DNA from: Lama guanicoe | Taxonomy: Eukaryota | NCBI GenBank assembly: GCA_013239625.1 | Contig: MU053810.1 | Span: forward strand, 1,995,518 to 2,059,517 | DNA: 64,000 nt | Direction of reading: 5' to 3' | Shown: one piece after another, positions 25,721 to 39,419 of the stretch | Position numbering within the stretch: the stretch's first letter is position 1 | Layout of the letters: every line of letters begins with the position of its first letter | The notes under the pieces: generated by a model | What the model saw: only the letters and a program-made list of their open reading frames with translations | What the model was told of the DNA's origin: nothing | Databases searched by the model: none | Position numbers and translations under genes: made by a program

Positions 25721-26944
25721 CTATACGTGAACTTATGCAAACGCTAACCAATTTTTTCCTAATTTTTCCCCTAAGCTTCTGCATTGAAAAGCCATGGCAT
25801 TCATTTTTAAATAGCCCACATGGCATGACCTGACACATGTATTACATCATTTGGTGTCTTTCTCTCTTTGCTCTTGTCCTCACATCATCTCCATCCATAT
25901 CAGAGCCTGTAACCCAGTGGGGAACTATGGCAAACAAGACAGTGCCACCTTCATATCGCAGATCTACAGAGACCTGCAAGTTGGGCAGGCCAGTTCGCAC
26001 TGAGCAAACAGAGCGTGGACTGTGTTTTCCCTACTCAATTTAAATTAGCAAATGAAGAAGCGGATAAAACAAGTTTATGGCCTGGTCAAAGTCTGGCACT
26101 TCTTTGAAAGTTTCACCTCATTATGTGGGCTTAATATAAACATGAAATCAGTTTAATTAATCTTGACCACCAGAGCTATAAAAATTCCTGCCAGCAGGAT
26201 TTCCCACAAACCCTGGGGGATAAGCAAGCCTCACTTAACCATGTAACTACCTTCCTCCTGCACCAGGACCCTGTGACTTGATGGTCATTTCTTCCTTCCT
26301 AATGAAGAAGGGGGAAAGGAGCGCAGCACATAATTGGACAGACTGCAGAAGCGTGCCGTGTTTCATGTTTGACAAAGATAAATTCTCACTCAGAGTTTCA
26401 GCTCCTCGGGAATCGAGCAGTCCGTCTGCTTTCCAGCCTGAGGGCCTGAGAGGACTTGAAAATCTTCCTTCTCCAATTTTCTGTCAACTGAGATAAGCCC
26501 GAGTGTGAATGTGGACAGTCTGGAGAATGAAGACAAAGGCTTTATCCATGAAGAAGCCACATTTCTGAGCCTCCCTTCCTCTCCTGAAGCCATTTGGCTG
26601 GAAACTGCTAGCCTTCAGGACAGAGTGACCGGATCACCTGGAGTTCATTTTTTTTTCCCCCCAAAGAAGAAAGAAAGGTTTTATGGGGGTAAGGCCCTAA
26701 TTTTAATCACTCTGTTATTTTTTAATTTCTGATGTATCATTGCCCAGGTGACCCCTGACTATTCAACACATTGTGTTATGAATGTAAAATGAATAACAGA
26801 ACAAAAAATCAATGATTCAGCTCACAACTGACCATCACAGCTGCCCACACTGGAAGCCAACTGCTTACACAAAGAAAAACAAAGTTGTTTGATAAATGAG
26901 CTTAAAAGTAAATCCCAAATCCCCATACCAGTCTATTAAAAGGA

Positions 26945-27153
26945 AACAAGTTTATACTGCACAGCACAGGGAACTATATTCAATATCTTATAGCAACTTA
27001 TGGTTTAAAAGAATATGAAAATGAATATATGTATGTTCCTATATGACTGAAGTATTGTGCTGTACACCAGAAATTGGCAAAATATTGTAAACTGACTGTA
27101 CTTCAATAAAACCATATTAAAAAATAAAGTCAATTTAATGTAAAAAAATAATA
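26945..27153 (+). mobile_element. 5'-truncated artiodactyl-type L1 3' end with TSD
   Basis: ATACTGCACAGCACAGGGAACTATATTCAATATCTT...GCTGTACACCAGAAATTG...ACTTCAATAAAA plus an A-rich tail. TSD AAAAGGAAACAA (26938-26949) / AAAATGAAACAA (27154-27165). Confidence 0.85.
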
Positions 27154-27209
27154 AAAATGAAACAAATGAAGAAGCATTCATTCTTTAGGTGAGAAAAACA
27201 TTCTAAAAT

Positions 27210-27800
27210 TTCATCCATTCATTAATCAAAAAAAGAAAAAAAGAAATCCTAGCAAATCTGCTATCTGCAAAGTGTTTTGGTAAGCTCTGTAAGTGAACAC
27301 AAAGACGAAACAAAGTTAGGCTCAGTCCTGAGGAAGATGCAGTCTAGTTTGGAAAATGCACATATAGATATGTAATTATAATGGAAGGTAGAGAAAGATG
27401 ATAAGTGAAATAAAATCTTTCAGCTACTCTGATAATTGCAGAATGAAGTCCAAACGCCATAGCTCATCACACAAAAGCCTCGATGATGTGGCTTCCGGCT
27501 ACATTTCCTGCCTCATTTCCTCCCACTTCTGTATGTGCTCCGTTTACTTCCACCAAAATGCACTACCAGCACCACGCTACTGCACATAACCTTTCCCTTT
27601 AGCTGGAATATGTTTCCCATCTCCCTTTTTCATCTAATCAACTCTTTACCTTCAAAATTCAACCTAAGCATCACTCCAGTAGGAAGCCCTGCATGGAGAC
27701 CCGCCTGAAGTCGAGACTTTTCTTTGTCACTGCAATCGTCACAATACCCAGTAAACACTATTTCGTCTGTCTTTCCAGCTAAGTCCTGGAGGGCCTAGCC
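27210..27800. mobile_element. L2 fragments (both orientations)
   Basis: TTCATCCATTCATT start with GAGGAAGATGCAGTCTAG, then pyrimidine-rich CTGGAATATGTTTCCC...CTTCAAAATTCAACCTAAGCATCACTCC...AGGAAGCC. Confidence 0.55.
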
Positions 27801-28159
27801 TAGACCCTGGGCAGTGAAAGAATCTAGAAAATTAGGAGATTATGAGGGATTTTATATATCACAGAAGCTGTAACTAGAAGAAAGCAGTTTGGGTATTCAT
27901 AGGTGAGAAAAGTGTATTCCACTTTGACGGGCGGAGTGAGAAGAGTAAACGTGTGTGTAAGACAAATGCAAATGGGGAGGTGATGCTGCACTTACAGGGC
28001 TTTTACCTCATGCAAAGAGTGTACAAGTTGCTTCATTAATTTAATCTCACTTAATCTTTATAGTAGCAAATAGCAAACACTATGTCAGCAGCTTAGCGCT
28101 GCCCCAGTGGAATAATGGAATATAGGTGGGAAAGGTAAATCATGGCCCTACTCTGAAAG

Positions 28160-28320
28160 AGTGGTTCAGACTAGGAACATTATAAACCCCTGGGAAGCAT
28201 TTGGACATATCTGGTTGTCAGAGTAACAGGAAGACCGCGTGGGCTGACATCGTGCAACGTACAGGACAACCCTTCACAATGAAGGATCATTTTGTTGAAA
28301 TGTCAACACAGACCAACTAA
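28160..28320. mobile_element. MER20-like hAT MITE remnant
   Basis: CATCGTGCAACGTACAGGACAACCCTTCACAATGAAGGATCAT...AAATGTCAACA resembles the MER20 3' half. Confidence 0.5.
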
Positions 28321-30672
28321 ACATTCTCAGAGATCTTAAAAGCCAGGCCAAGGAGTTGGAACATTATTTGATAGCTAATAGGGAGTGGCTGAAGGCCTTC
28401 TAGCAGGCACAAGATATTCTGAGAATAAGACTTTCGCCACTCGTACCGTTCCATGAAGTTCTAGGCCCATCCCAGGGGGAACCCAAGAAGGAATGGCCGT
28501 GAAAACAGAATCACTCATGTATCCTTCTCAAGCATAGGTGGAGATCAAAGCATCCTGGCCAAGAATTTCTTTGGAAATTTGTGCCATGATATTCACCCTG
28601 CCCCAGATGTGCTGCGTGAGCAAACTGAAGCCCCACGGGAATAGATAGTCCTTGAGCCTCCTCGAGCTTTGCAGAAAGATTAAACTTGGCCTTGGGGGGA
28701 ATAATGTTGTTTTAATCTGAGTTGTGATTGAAATTGAAAGATATTTTTATTGCTTTTGGGAAAGACTTCAAATGAGCAACTTTTCAAAAAGAATGCATCA
28801 TTAAACAGATGTTAGAAGTCAAACCCTGTTCCAGAGGCGTCACAACAATGATGGTTTAATTTTACTGTTGTTCCCTAGTGGTTCTGCTGGGAGATACAGC
28901 CCATGACTGCAAAGCACAGTAACACCCCAGGCCTCTCACACAAGAGGAGCAGGGCCGAAGTGCTGTTCCTGAAGTCACTGTAGACCGCATTTGGGTAGGA
29001 GGTACGGTCCTGAGTGCCTCAGATCTGGACACTTAACAGTGGAAACTTCCAAAGTAATGGCTGTGTTCTTCTAACTTATGACTCAGAAAATGGGACTGAG
29101 CATGGGAATTGGGAGGGTAATTTAGTAATCTGACTATTTTGGTGGGCAAATGTATACCTGTGAGTGGCCCTGACGGCCCATTTACAAAGACGCTGTGGGG
29201 GAGTGTAAACCTCACACATCTGCACTCTAAAGATATAAAACATTCCACCCAGGGGAAAGCAAATGGCCTACGCTGCGTTCCAGAACTTCACACTGCATGC
29301 AGACTAGATTTTGCATTTTATGTTTGCCTAAATGATGAGATTCTGTCTGTTTTCCGCTCTTATCCTTGGTTCTTTGCATCACCTGCTGCTACATATTTAT
29401 TTATCTGGGTTTACAAAAGCACTCCAAGATAAAAATTGTAAATGTCCTTCTATCCCCACCTGAATTCCGGTAACAACAGCTGGCTTAACCAGCTGCAAAA
29501 TATCATGTGCTAATGACTGGAGTGAGGTGAACAGGGAGAGGATTACAGATTTGAATTGCTGCAGTGAAGAAGTCAGATTTCCTTTTTTATGCCTCCTTTT
29601 TTTTTTTTAAAGTCCTCTACCTCTATTTGCAGATGCTAATTGTACCGAACGTGTGGGATTCTTAGTTGAGGCCGGGGTGCTCTCAAGATTCCTTTCTTCC
29701 TTCAGAAATCCAGAATCAGAAAGTGTCAAGGAGAAGGGGGGATGGAGACTGGTTTGATTGGATGACTTAGTTACATTAAGATTAAGTTTGCAAGAAAATG
29801 TGTATTTACATTTGAATTTCAGATACACAGAGAATACTGTTTCAGTACCAAGTATGCTCCATGTAATGCTTGTCCAGGTATCACGTGGAACAGAATTAGA
29901 ATCTATCCTGAGTGCCCCGAGTCTTTGTTCGGTCTGGAAACCCTAATGAAGATGGAAAATTGATGAGCAGAGACATCCATTCAATTCCCAAATTTCAGTG
30001 TGTTGAAAGGAAGTAGTGATGTCATTCCTAACGAACACAAAGGCACAATGATTTTTAATTTATATTTAGCTTTGCAGTAAATTGGGGTATTTATATTTGA
30101 ACATGCCTGCACTCTAATGTTCTAGGAATTCACATCACTAAAAACTGTAGTGAGGCCACTGAAGGAACCGAATGTCATCAATGGTTCCTCCAGCCTTTGT
30201 TCCCTCTCCTGCTCAATTATCCCTGCAGCAAGTATAGGCTTCTTCTCAGATTAATGGAAAGCAGAAATCGAAGCAGTAAGGTACAGGTTTGCCAGTCTTT
30301 CCAGAATTTACAACTGAATTAAGTTTTAAAGTTTCAAATAGGAGTTTTTACTTATTACAGTCTACACTCAACGTCTTACAAAAGTAGATAGCATATCATT
30401 TGCCTTCCACCAGGATAGTGCGAAAATTGTTGGTATGAATTTGGAAGAAAAAATTATAAATGATATGTGATAGATACATTGAAATATCAATGTATTGTGA
30501 AAATGAAGTGCTAGCTTTGGTCTCTAGTGGTTAAACCAAGCAGCCATGTGCTGGTGAAAAGGGCACAGTAAAATCCCATCACCTACCGGAGACCCAGGGC
30601 ATCTCCTGTCTCATTACGTGCTAGTTGAGTCATGAAGAGATGCGTAAGACAGGGTGTGTGAAAATCAGTGAG

Positions 30673-31129
30673 GGTAGGGAAGGGAAATCTGCCACCAGAA
30701 ATGCCTCTCTGGTATGTGGATTATTTCAGGCTGGAAACAATCAAGGCCCGAAAGACTCAGGAAAAACTCTGACCTTCCTCTTAACTGCCTAAAAGAATTT
30801 AGACAGAGGGGCTGTTCCCACTAGAGATATATGCAAAGAATATGGGCAGTGTGGTGGGGGGAACGTAGCAGGGCCCAGGGATCAGAGCCCATTCTGTGTC
30901 CTGGTGTCTCTGCAGAACCCAGCAAACATGTTTACCAAGCATTTGCTTTTCTGTCTCCAATTCCTTCCTCGCCTTTGAAGTCCCAAAACATATCCCCAAC
31001 CTCCTCTTTTGTCTTTAGCTGAAGACTTAAGGTGAAGGCTTGAATTCCCCCCTATTAATCTACCTCATGTCAACTTCTTAGATGAGCCAGAACCTAGAAG
31101 GGTAGAGGACAATTTCTTTCTCCTCGACA
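30673..31129 (+). mobile_element. ERV1 solo LTR (MER34-like)
   Basis: Starts GTAGGG..AATCTGCCACCAGAAATGCCTCTCTGGTATGTGGATTATTTCAGGCTG and ends GAACCTAGAAGGGTAGAGGACAATTTCTTTCTCCTCGACA. 4-bp TSD TGAG (30669-30672) / CGAG (31130-31133), consistent with CpG decay. Confidence 0.75.
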
Positions 31130-34100
31130 CGAGGCATTGTGGATGAACCTCCCCTGAGAATCCTGAGGCTGGACGCAAATATCGGGACAACACAATCTTC
31201 ACACAACAAAGGTCAGGGACACAAAGGAAAACTGTGCTGCAACAAATCCTGCCTCTCAAGGTGGAAAAAACTTAAGCATGTGAAAGGCAAAATGACCCAA
31301 GTTGTCTGAGATTTCGGTGGGGCTGCCTGACTTAACTGCCCAGCCAAATAAACATGATGAAATAGGGAGGCAGTGTAAACAGTGTTTATCAACCATGTCT
31401 CCTCACGATGTTGTGGGAACAGGCGGCAGCTGTATCTCCTGAAGGACCCAGCCAGCAGCCTGGAGCTTACAAATCTGGATTCAAAGAGCTTTTGTGAAGT
31501 GGGGGAAAGTCTCCAGAAGACACGCTCCTGGAAACAATGGAAGACCGGATATGAACCCACAGATCGAATGATATGACCTGATGAGACTAATATTCTAAAA
31601 AGATTTAGGGACTGGAACAGGATCCCAAAACCTTGACTGTCACATTATTTGGCAGGGATGTGCCTGGGAAAACACTAGAATTACAAAAATCACAAAAACA
31701 GAGTGGGCGTGAAAGTCATATTATAATTTCTCAAACACAGACAATTTAACCCCTCGAGCGCTTAGGAAAGCCCAGATGAGTGAGTTCGCGTAGCAGTTAC
31801 CACAGATCCTTAACTGAGTTTCACACAAAACATGAGAGATTCCTCCCTTCCTTTTTACCTCTTTCCTTTTGAAAAACAAAAATATTTCCATCTTTTGGCC
31901 TTAAGCATAAACTTGAAATGGACTGGAAAATAGTTCAATCAGAGAGGGTCAACCTATGAATTAGATTTAGAAGAGTTTGCTAATCGTAGGTTTGATCTGG
32001 GAGGGTAAGGATAAATCCATCCTCAAGATTAAACCTCAGGATTTCTCAGCACGAGAATTTTGCTGATCTTCAATGCCCTCCTGGTAAAATGGGATAAATG
32101 GAAGTTTTAAGATTAAGTGATTTAAAATTGTGACTCTCAGAGGTAAAAAAATTTAAGTAGAATCTACAAATACATAAGAAATTATTGCAACTTACAAATG
32201 TCGACATACTGAGACTGTGATAAGGTTCTGTTACCAAGAACAGATCCCGCCTAGCCTGACCTAAGACAGCATATGGAATATATAGACTCCTTTGTATCCA
32301 AACAGTAAGAGTTCTGGTTAAAGGTAAGACTTTTATCAAGAAGAACCATTAATTAATTTACATCCATTAGCACTGCCATGCCTGGTTGAGAAGTGATGGA
32401 GTGAGGTTTTCAGAGGGAACTGGAGACCTAGCAGACCAAGTGTGGACCAGATGAGGCACTGGGGCAGGAGGGAAAGCAAGAGGAGAGAGCTTGGAGGAAA
32501 GATGTTCAACGGCAGAATGGAAAAGCCTCAAATATCTGGCTTTCTGCCAAATGGATTCTAGACACATTGAAGACTGGAGGCGTGCTTCCCAGAGCTCAGC
32601 TAGCACATCATACATCCCCACCTGCGAGTCTAGGAAGGAAAACTGGGAGACTCACAGGCAATGAAAGTAAGTGGTGAACCAAATGAGAATGGAATGGGCA
32701 GTAAAACGTTATGGTGATTTGGGGGCGAGGAGCTACAATTCGGTATGGCTGTGCCATCGGTGACGCATAGGACTCTCTGATACATGTGGCAATAAGAACT
32801 TTGCAGTTTCCAACATTATTTTCTTTCTCCCAGGATATTGCTGCCTTGGTTGCAGGGACACATCGAGCCATCCTTATTTACCACTTGAATAAATATTCAT
32901 GTAGCACTTTACTGTGATTTCTCCAGGCGCCCACACTGCAGGGGCGGCGCACTTAAAGTCCCCTCCCATAGAAAATGCTGTAATGTGCATCTGTTTCTAC
33001 TCTGTATGCTTTGGAGGTGCACTTCCATACCTGTAATGTTTATAGCTTGGCTCTGAAAAGAAATGCCCTGCTACTTGAGATCAGGGTTCAGTACTGAGTG
33101 CTAAAAGAGACAAGTGCATGCAGACAACTTATCAATAAGCCTGAGAGGATCTGCTACTGTTCATTTTTCCTTCTCTAGCCTGTTGTCTGGAACAGAGAAC
33201 TGCCACATTGACTTTTCTCCCGGTAGAGCTTCAAAAATGAAATTTTAATCAAAGACAGGCCTACATAGTCCCTTAAATTTACTAAGCCGTGGGCGGGTAC
33301 CAGACTTGCATCTGTGAAGGGTGACACATTGGCAAGAAGCCTGTATCCTAAGGAAAGCTGCCGCGTCAACAAGATTTTTGACAGCAAGGAGCGTGCGACT
33401 GTCAAGCGCTCTAAGGCGACCCTTGGGCAGCATGGCTTTCCCTTTCCCTGTTACCTGAATCACTGCTCCCAGCACTCAGCACCTTTTCTGACGTCTAGCT
33501 TTCCATTCACATTAGAACGGTCTTGTTTTGATGACTTGTTTGGGGATGGGGAGAGACACTCTCTCTCTCTCTTTCTTCTTAGAATTGCTTTCTGGCACTA
33601 TGTTGACTGGTCTCCGATCTTATTGATTTGGATGTGTATTTACCATTTCCCATTGTATCTGGCATCTCCTTTTTCTTAGGACCTAAGTGGGCTTTTCTCC
33701 CCCTTGCAGCCTGCATTCTGTCTGCCCCTGCTTTAGCTAGCACCATGCCAGCTTCAAGACTGCAGAGAATGAAGTACAAATCAATGATTTCCACTCAAGT
33801 GTATGCTTTAACATGGGACCCTTTGCTTCATTTTTATGCCATTTCTCTGCGTCAGTCATCAAAGCTTGCTGGGCAGTTCAGCAAAGAAGCATTAATTGCC
33901 ACTGTTATTTTGAGGTGGGAACGCCAGACAGTTTAGGAATTAAGTCAACGAGCCCCAGATACTAAAGGCGAAGACTAAACTTGGGGTTAGAAAATTTGGT
34001 GTTAAGCCTCAAAAGGGAGACCCCAGAGTTATGACAAGGATCAAAGGAGAAAATGACCAGAACAATATAATTGTCAACTGAACTGCGTCATGATCGTACT

Positions 34101-35134
34101 CTAGGTTAAACCCATTTGGGTTACAAGGATTTAAATAGGAAAGAAGGTTCACCGGATGCCTGGTTCTCACTGCAGCACATTTCCTCTCAGTTGCAAAGAT
34201 AAACTTAGGTTTCACAGTAAAACAAGAGCCACCTCTTGTCACCGTCACAGTGGTATTGTTGCCGCAGGTAGCAAATGGTTCTGTTTTCAGGATCCGCATG
34301 ATTTGCTCATCTTATAGCCATAAGGATCTCATGGGACGGGTGTTTTCCTTTCATTCATTTCTTTGGTCTCTACTATTCTGTCTGATTGTTAAATTTAACT
34401 ACATGTTTAATTATAAAGATACTGTGTATCATATGTTTGTACTTTTTTTGAGCCTTGTCCTAAGCATCCTATATGCTATGTACCATTTCTTACGTAAGAG
34501 CTGGGTAAGCAAGCCTAGATGTCACTTTACAGAATCATCACAGGAGGTCCGCTGCCTGCTCTGCCACAATTGCTAATGTTAGCTGTTCATATACAATCAG
34601 AGTTCAGTGTTGTGTTACTCTGAATAGGTATTAAGTTGGAAGCCCAAGAATGCTTTAAAAGTTTTTCCATTGAAATTAATGGTAATTATATATTTAACTT
34701 AGAGAATTTACTTTTAGAGGGGTTTTCCAGGAACAAATAAGCCCTTGAATAAGGAGGGAAAGGCTATAAATAATATGAGGAATTAATAATGGTATTTATT
34801 TTTAAAACCCACAACATCCCACTCATGGAGCACTGTTGCCCACATTGAGTTCAAAGAAGCAATATTGGGCCATTGGATGGAAAACACTGGTTGAAATTAA
34901 GTCAAATAAGTCTGTATTGTAGGATTTCTCACAGGATATACTACCCAAATGAAAACATAGTATAGAGTATTTCCCGAAATTATGTACATCGCACTAAAGT
35001 TTGTTGGTTAGAAAAGAATGTTCAAATATTTTGAAATTTAGCTGGTTGATAGTGCAAGACATTTAAGGACGCAATCTGTAGGCAGTGAAAAACAGTCTTT
35101 TCGGTCAAAAGACGACTTCAAATGCTGGCTCAAA

Positions 35135-35235
35135 AGTTTATTAGGCAAGTGATTTAATCTCTCTAATCCTCAGTCTCTTCATCTGAAAATCAAAATGATA
35201 AAAATCAGAATACCTATTCCACTGGTGTATGTAAT
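35135..35235 (+). mobile_element. MIR fragment
   Basis: GGCAAGTGATTTAATCTCTCTAATCCTCAGTCTCTTCATCTGAAAAT, the MIR core. Confidence 0.7.
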
Positions 35236-36526
35236 CGAAAGCAAAGGGCTATGTCAATGAGAGGTAGCCTGGGGAAACAGTCACATTTTTCTAGTTCTTC
35301 AACCACTCAGTTCAGGGTCACTAAAATCTGCAATGTGTTTTAGGTTTCTTAAGCCTTTGGACTAATTTAAAAGGTATTTGCTATAGCTAAAATAAATAAT
35401 ACGAGGGGGAAAATGTCCTCACCTTGGGAGATCTCTATGCAAAAGTAGGGCTGACTTAGGCAAAAGAAATGAACTAAATATTATATTAAAATCTCTCACA
35501 TATTGTGGTCTCCTTCCAGCCCTTTTTAGCCAAACACATAAAAAAATCAGGAACATTTCTGTGCTTTCCAACAGCTTCAATGTTAATTTAACATTTTTCA
35601 ACATAATTCTATTTTTATGTTAACAGTTTATCACATACAATATACTGAAATATTGTATAATTCAATCTTCATAAGTGACTAAGGCTTTATTTTCAACTGT
35701 GAATTTTAAACATAATTACTTTATGTGTGAAGGGAAGTAATATTCCTTTTCTCTTTGCATAATACTTGTCATTCCCAAAGGTATTTCTGATGAAGGCAAG
35801 TCTCCCATTTCTGAACGAATCACAGCCGCCACCTTCTTCACCTCTTTCTCTTTACCTTCAGCTAAGTCAGCATTTATAGCTTACACTAATTAGGTGGTGT
35901 GTCCTTCATTAAATGTGCACTGATTGGAGGCAGCAGTTAAGTGCTGAGGAGCTCATCAAGCAATTGCATCTACTCTCAGCATCATGGATCCACCAGGAGC
36001 ATCGATCATTTCCTGACCTGTGGACTCCTAAGTTGACAATGACCACCTTTGGGTCCACACTGAGGACTGGTGGTCGAACTTGATCTTGTGGTAGCTCTGA
36101 CCTTTTGTTCTGACTCCTAACCCAAGGGCAGTGCTTCCGCCCTTGGGATTGGAAATGTGGGGATGATGCCTATGAGACGAGGGAAAGTGTCAGTTCTTCA
36201 AAGATGGGTTTCTAGGACCATAACCCTCACCCCCAGAGGACAAGTTCAAAAGTATGAGCTGCTGCTTCAAGCTCTCATTCCATTTCTGGGTAGCAGTTGC
36301 TTGTTCCAACCCTGCCTTTGGTATTTGTACACTTTCCCATAGACCCGTGCTCACAAAGGCCTATAGGATGTCAGTAAACTATAAATCAGTTCATCTCCTT
36401 TCTGCAAGGTTAAACTGGAAATGGGTCAGGATTTCACCTTCAAGGTTAGAAAATCTTAGGGTTCCATCTCCAGATTCTGGCTGCATTTGTGTCCCAGCCA
36501 TGGGAATAAAACAAGATCCCTGAGGG

Positions 36527-36796
36527 CAAGGTCTTTCCAACTGAGCGCTGTGAGTCATTGGTGGGTCGTGAGTAATCCAATGGGATTTGATCAGCGATTT
36601 TTTTTTTTTAAATGAAACAGGAGAGAATTGAAAATATCAGAAGAACATACGGGTGCTAAGCATAAGTATTGCTTTCTGAAACATTCACTTAAGCTGTCGG
36701 TGTATGTGGGTGGGCGGGTGTGGGTGATGGCTTGTGATGTAAAATACACTTTTCTTTACTCTGAGCAAGAATTAGAACGAGCTGGAACAGCACTGC
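36527..36796 (+). mobile_element. hAT-Charlie MITE (MER112-like)
   Basis: CATTGGTGGGTCGTGA...AAATGAAACAGGAGAGAATTGAAAATATCAG...TAAGTATTG..., an internal TG-rich tract and a terminal CACTG. Subfamily name uncertain. Confidence 0.55.
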
Positions 36797-39419
36797 CTTG
36801 AGTAACTCAAGATATTTCCTAAGAAACTAGGCTTATCTGAAGGCCTGGGTGGGAAAAAGAATGAGGCCTTCACCTGGAGGGAGTATCAGAACCAAGGGCA
36901 GAAAATGCAAATTGTAAAGAACAAATATTGGCTTAGCCAATGGGAGAACAGTCCCTTCTTAGTCACGAAACATCCAACCTCTCCAGCTTCATGGGGAAAT
37001 GGGTTTCTGTTTAGGAAGGAGCTAGCTGGGCACCTGCGTGAGCTGTGGAAGCAGTGATTCCTGCACGGACTCAGGGAGTAGCTGTGGATGATTGTTATCC
37101 ACTTCTTTGATGTTTTTATTTTCCTACAATGATCACAAATTCCCAAGTAGCTGATTTCTGCTATGGAACTCTAAGTTTTTAAGCTATTAAGCATGTTTTT
37201 AAAACATATTTTTATAACTTGGCCCTTTTTCTGCATTTTATTATGTACCCTTATTTTAAAATAGCACTTTTAGGGTTTGGGACTGAGAAAATTTCAAAAT
37301 AGTAAAAAAGCAATTGCCTAGTTGAAAAGTACTGCATGTTATGTTCCATCTTATTTCTTTTTCCTTTATGCTCCCCCCCAAAAATCCATATATTACTAAC
37401 TAGGCAAGAACAAACAAAATAATACCTGTTGCAATGGGAACACTTGGAGAGCAGAAGTTATAAAAATAGCCTTATTTTCCATGGAAGACAACAGCATATT
37501 TTTAAAATGAGAAACTCTATAAAAGTGGTCTGTATTAGTACCCTTGTGTTTCTCAATGAGGAAGGCATATAAATTCAAGACAGGATGTTATGTTGGACAA
37601 AGATGCCATCAAATAAAATAAAATGAGTACTTGTGTGGGTTTTGATTTGTAATCTCAAAACTCAACATGCTGAATTTATGGCTTCTCAGATACAGGCCTG
37701 GATCCTAGTGTCTGGTCATAAAAGGTGTAAGCATTTTTGGATACAGAAAATCTCCAATAAATAGGATGAAACATCACCCTGGGTTTTACAAAGACCACTT
37801 TGGTAAAGAAAAGGTACAACTAGCATTCACCTGAACTGCAACACATGGTTCCACAGTGGATGAGGGTTATAGGACAGTGGCCCAGCTTGCTTGCCAGAGG
37901 GAGTATACACTTGGAGCACCAATCTTCTGTTCCAGCTTTTTTTCTCCTTCTTCCATTCTATTCTATTTTAGCTCATGGCCCCTACTTGCCAAGAAGAATC
38001 AACTAATTCAAAATCCACAGAGAACGATACACAACGCTGGCCTTCAGGGTCCCCCATGGGTGATGTGAAGCAGGTGGAGACAAGTGGCTCCCTGAAGCAA
38101 ACTGTCAGTTCACCCCAACAGGATGAACCAGAGATGACATGCATATGACCACAAGCTTTAAAAGGTCAGAACTCATTTTACGTTCAGTCAGCTCAAAAAT
38201 TCAAGTGCCATTAAGTTAGCTATGCTGATTAATTCAATTTAACTAAGCATGCAAAACAGACGTTCTTCAATATGGTTAATCACAGGGGCTGGAGTATCTA
38301 CCAAATTACTTCACAAACATGGAAACCATAAATATTTCTGGTATGGAAGCCCAAGTTGCTCACCTTGTCCAGCTTTCCATCAGCAATAAAATGTCCACTA
38401 TAGCTTAAAAGAAAAAAACCAAAAAGCTAGGTGGCAAAATGAGTGATATACATGAAACCTAGAATATTCTCAATTTCTTTTGACTTTTTTCAGTACTGTA
38501 AATGCCTATGTGCCCATCACAAAGAAGAAAGAGAGAGGTTTGGTCCAGGGGCCAGTGGTCTACAGGATGACTAGATTTTCATTAATTTAGGCTACTTATA
38601 CCCTAGGAATATGAAGTAACCACCTGTCATTGGCCAACAGTTTCAAGAGCTTTCACAACCTCACAGACCACTGCTCCTTCCTGTTACAGGATCTCATTAT
38701 AAAAATGATTTTTTAAAACATACCCCATCTGTGACCTTGGACTTGCCATTGGTAGGAAAGATATTGTCTTATTGAAGCAAGATTTTCTTGTCATAAGTTC
38801 CATATTTTTCTCACTCATTAAAATCTCTGCTGATACAATATTACTTTTCTCTGATGTCTGTCTCTCTACAGCCATCATTACTTTGATGGCAACCCTCATT
38901 TGCAGCTTCTTTTTCATATTCCTTAAATGTTCTAGTATCATTTCACAAAAATTCCTTTTTATTTCCTTTCAATCCCACCGTCTGCTTTTCAGTTCACGGG
39001 CACTTTTTCCTCCAGTTGCTCCCTAACTAATGAGTCTCTTCTGTCCAACTACTCCCTAATCTCTTAGGCCTCAGCGAGGTTTTCAGGAATTCAGACTGAA
39101 GTGATGCAGGCCATCCCAACTTACGTTTCTGTTTAGAGCAAGGAAGTCTGCTGTGTTTAATCATGCTGTCTCTTTGGATGGTCCCAAGTTTCTACTGCAC
39201 TCACGAATTTTACCTCTTCTTTCTAGTGCACTGAGCTGACTCAGTCTCGAAATTCACTTCCGAAAGGACTTCTACTAAGTGTAACATCCTTATTCTGCAG
39301 CAATCTATAAAAACAGGTCTATGGAGCAACTTAGGGACACTTGGGTTGTGTTCTTTTTTTTTTTTCTTTTTCTCTGTCTTAATCAGGCCTTTTTGATTTT
39401 ATATCTCAAATCTATTCTT

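Noticed and set aside
38684..39026. Possible processed pseudogene or coding exon
   Set aside because: No recognisable protein, polyA tail, TSD or convincing splice pair.
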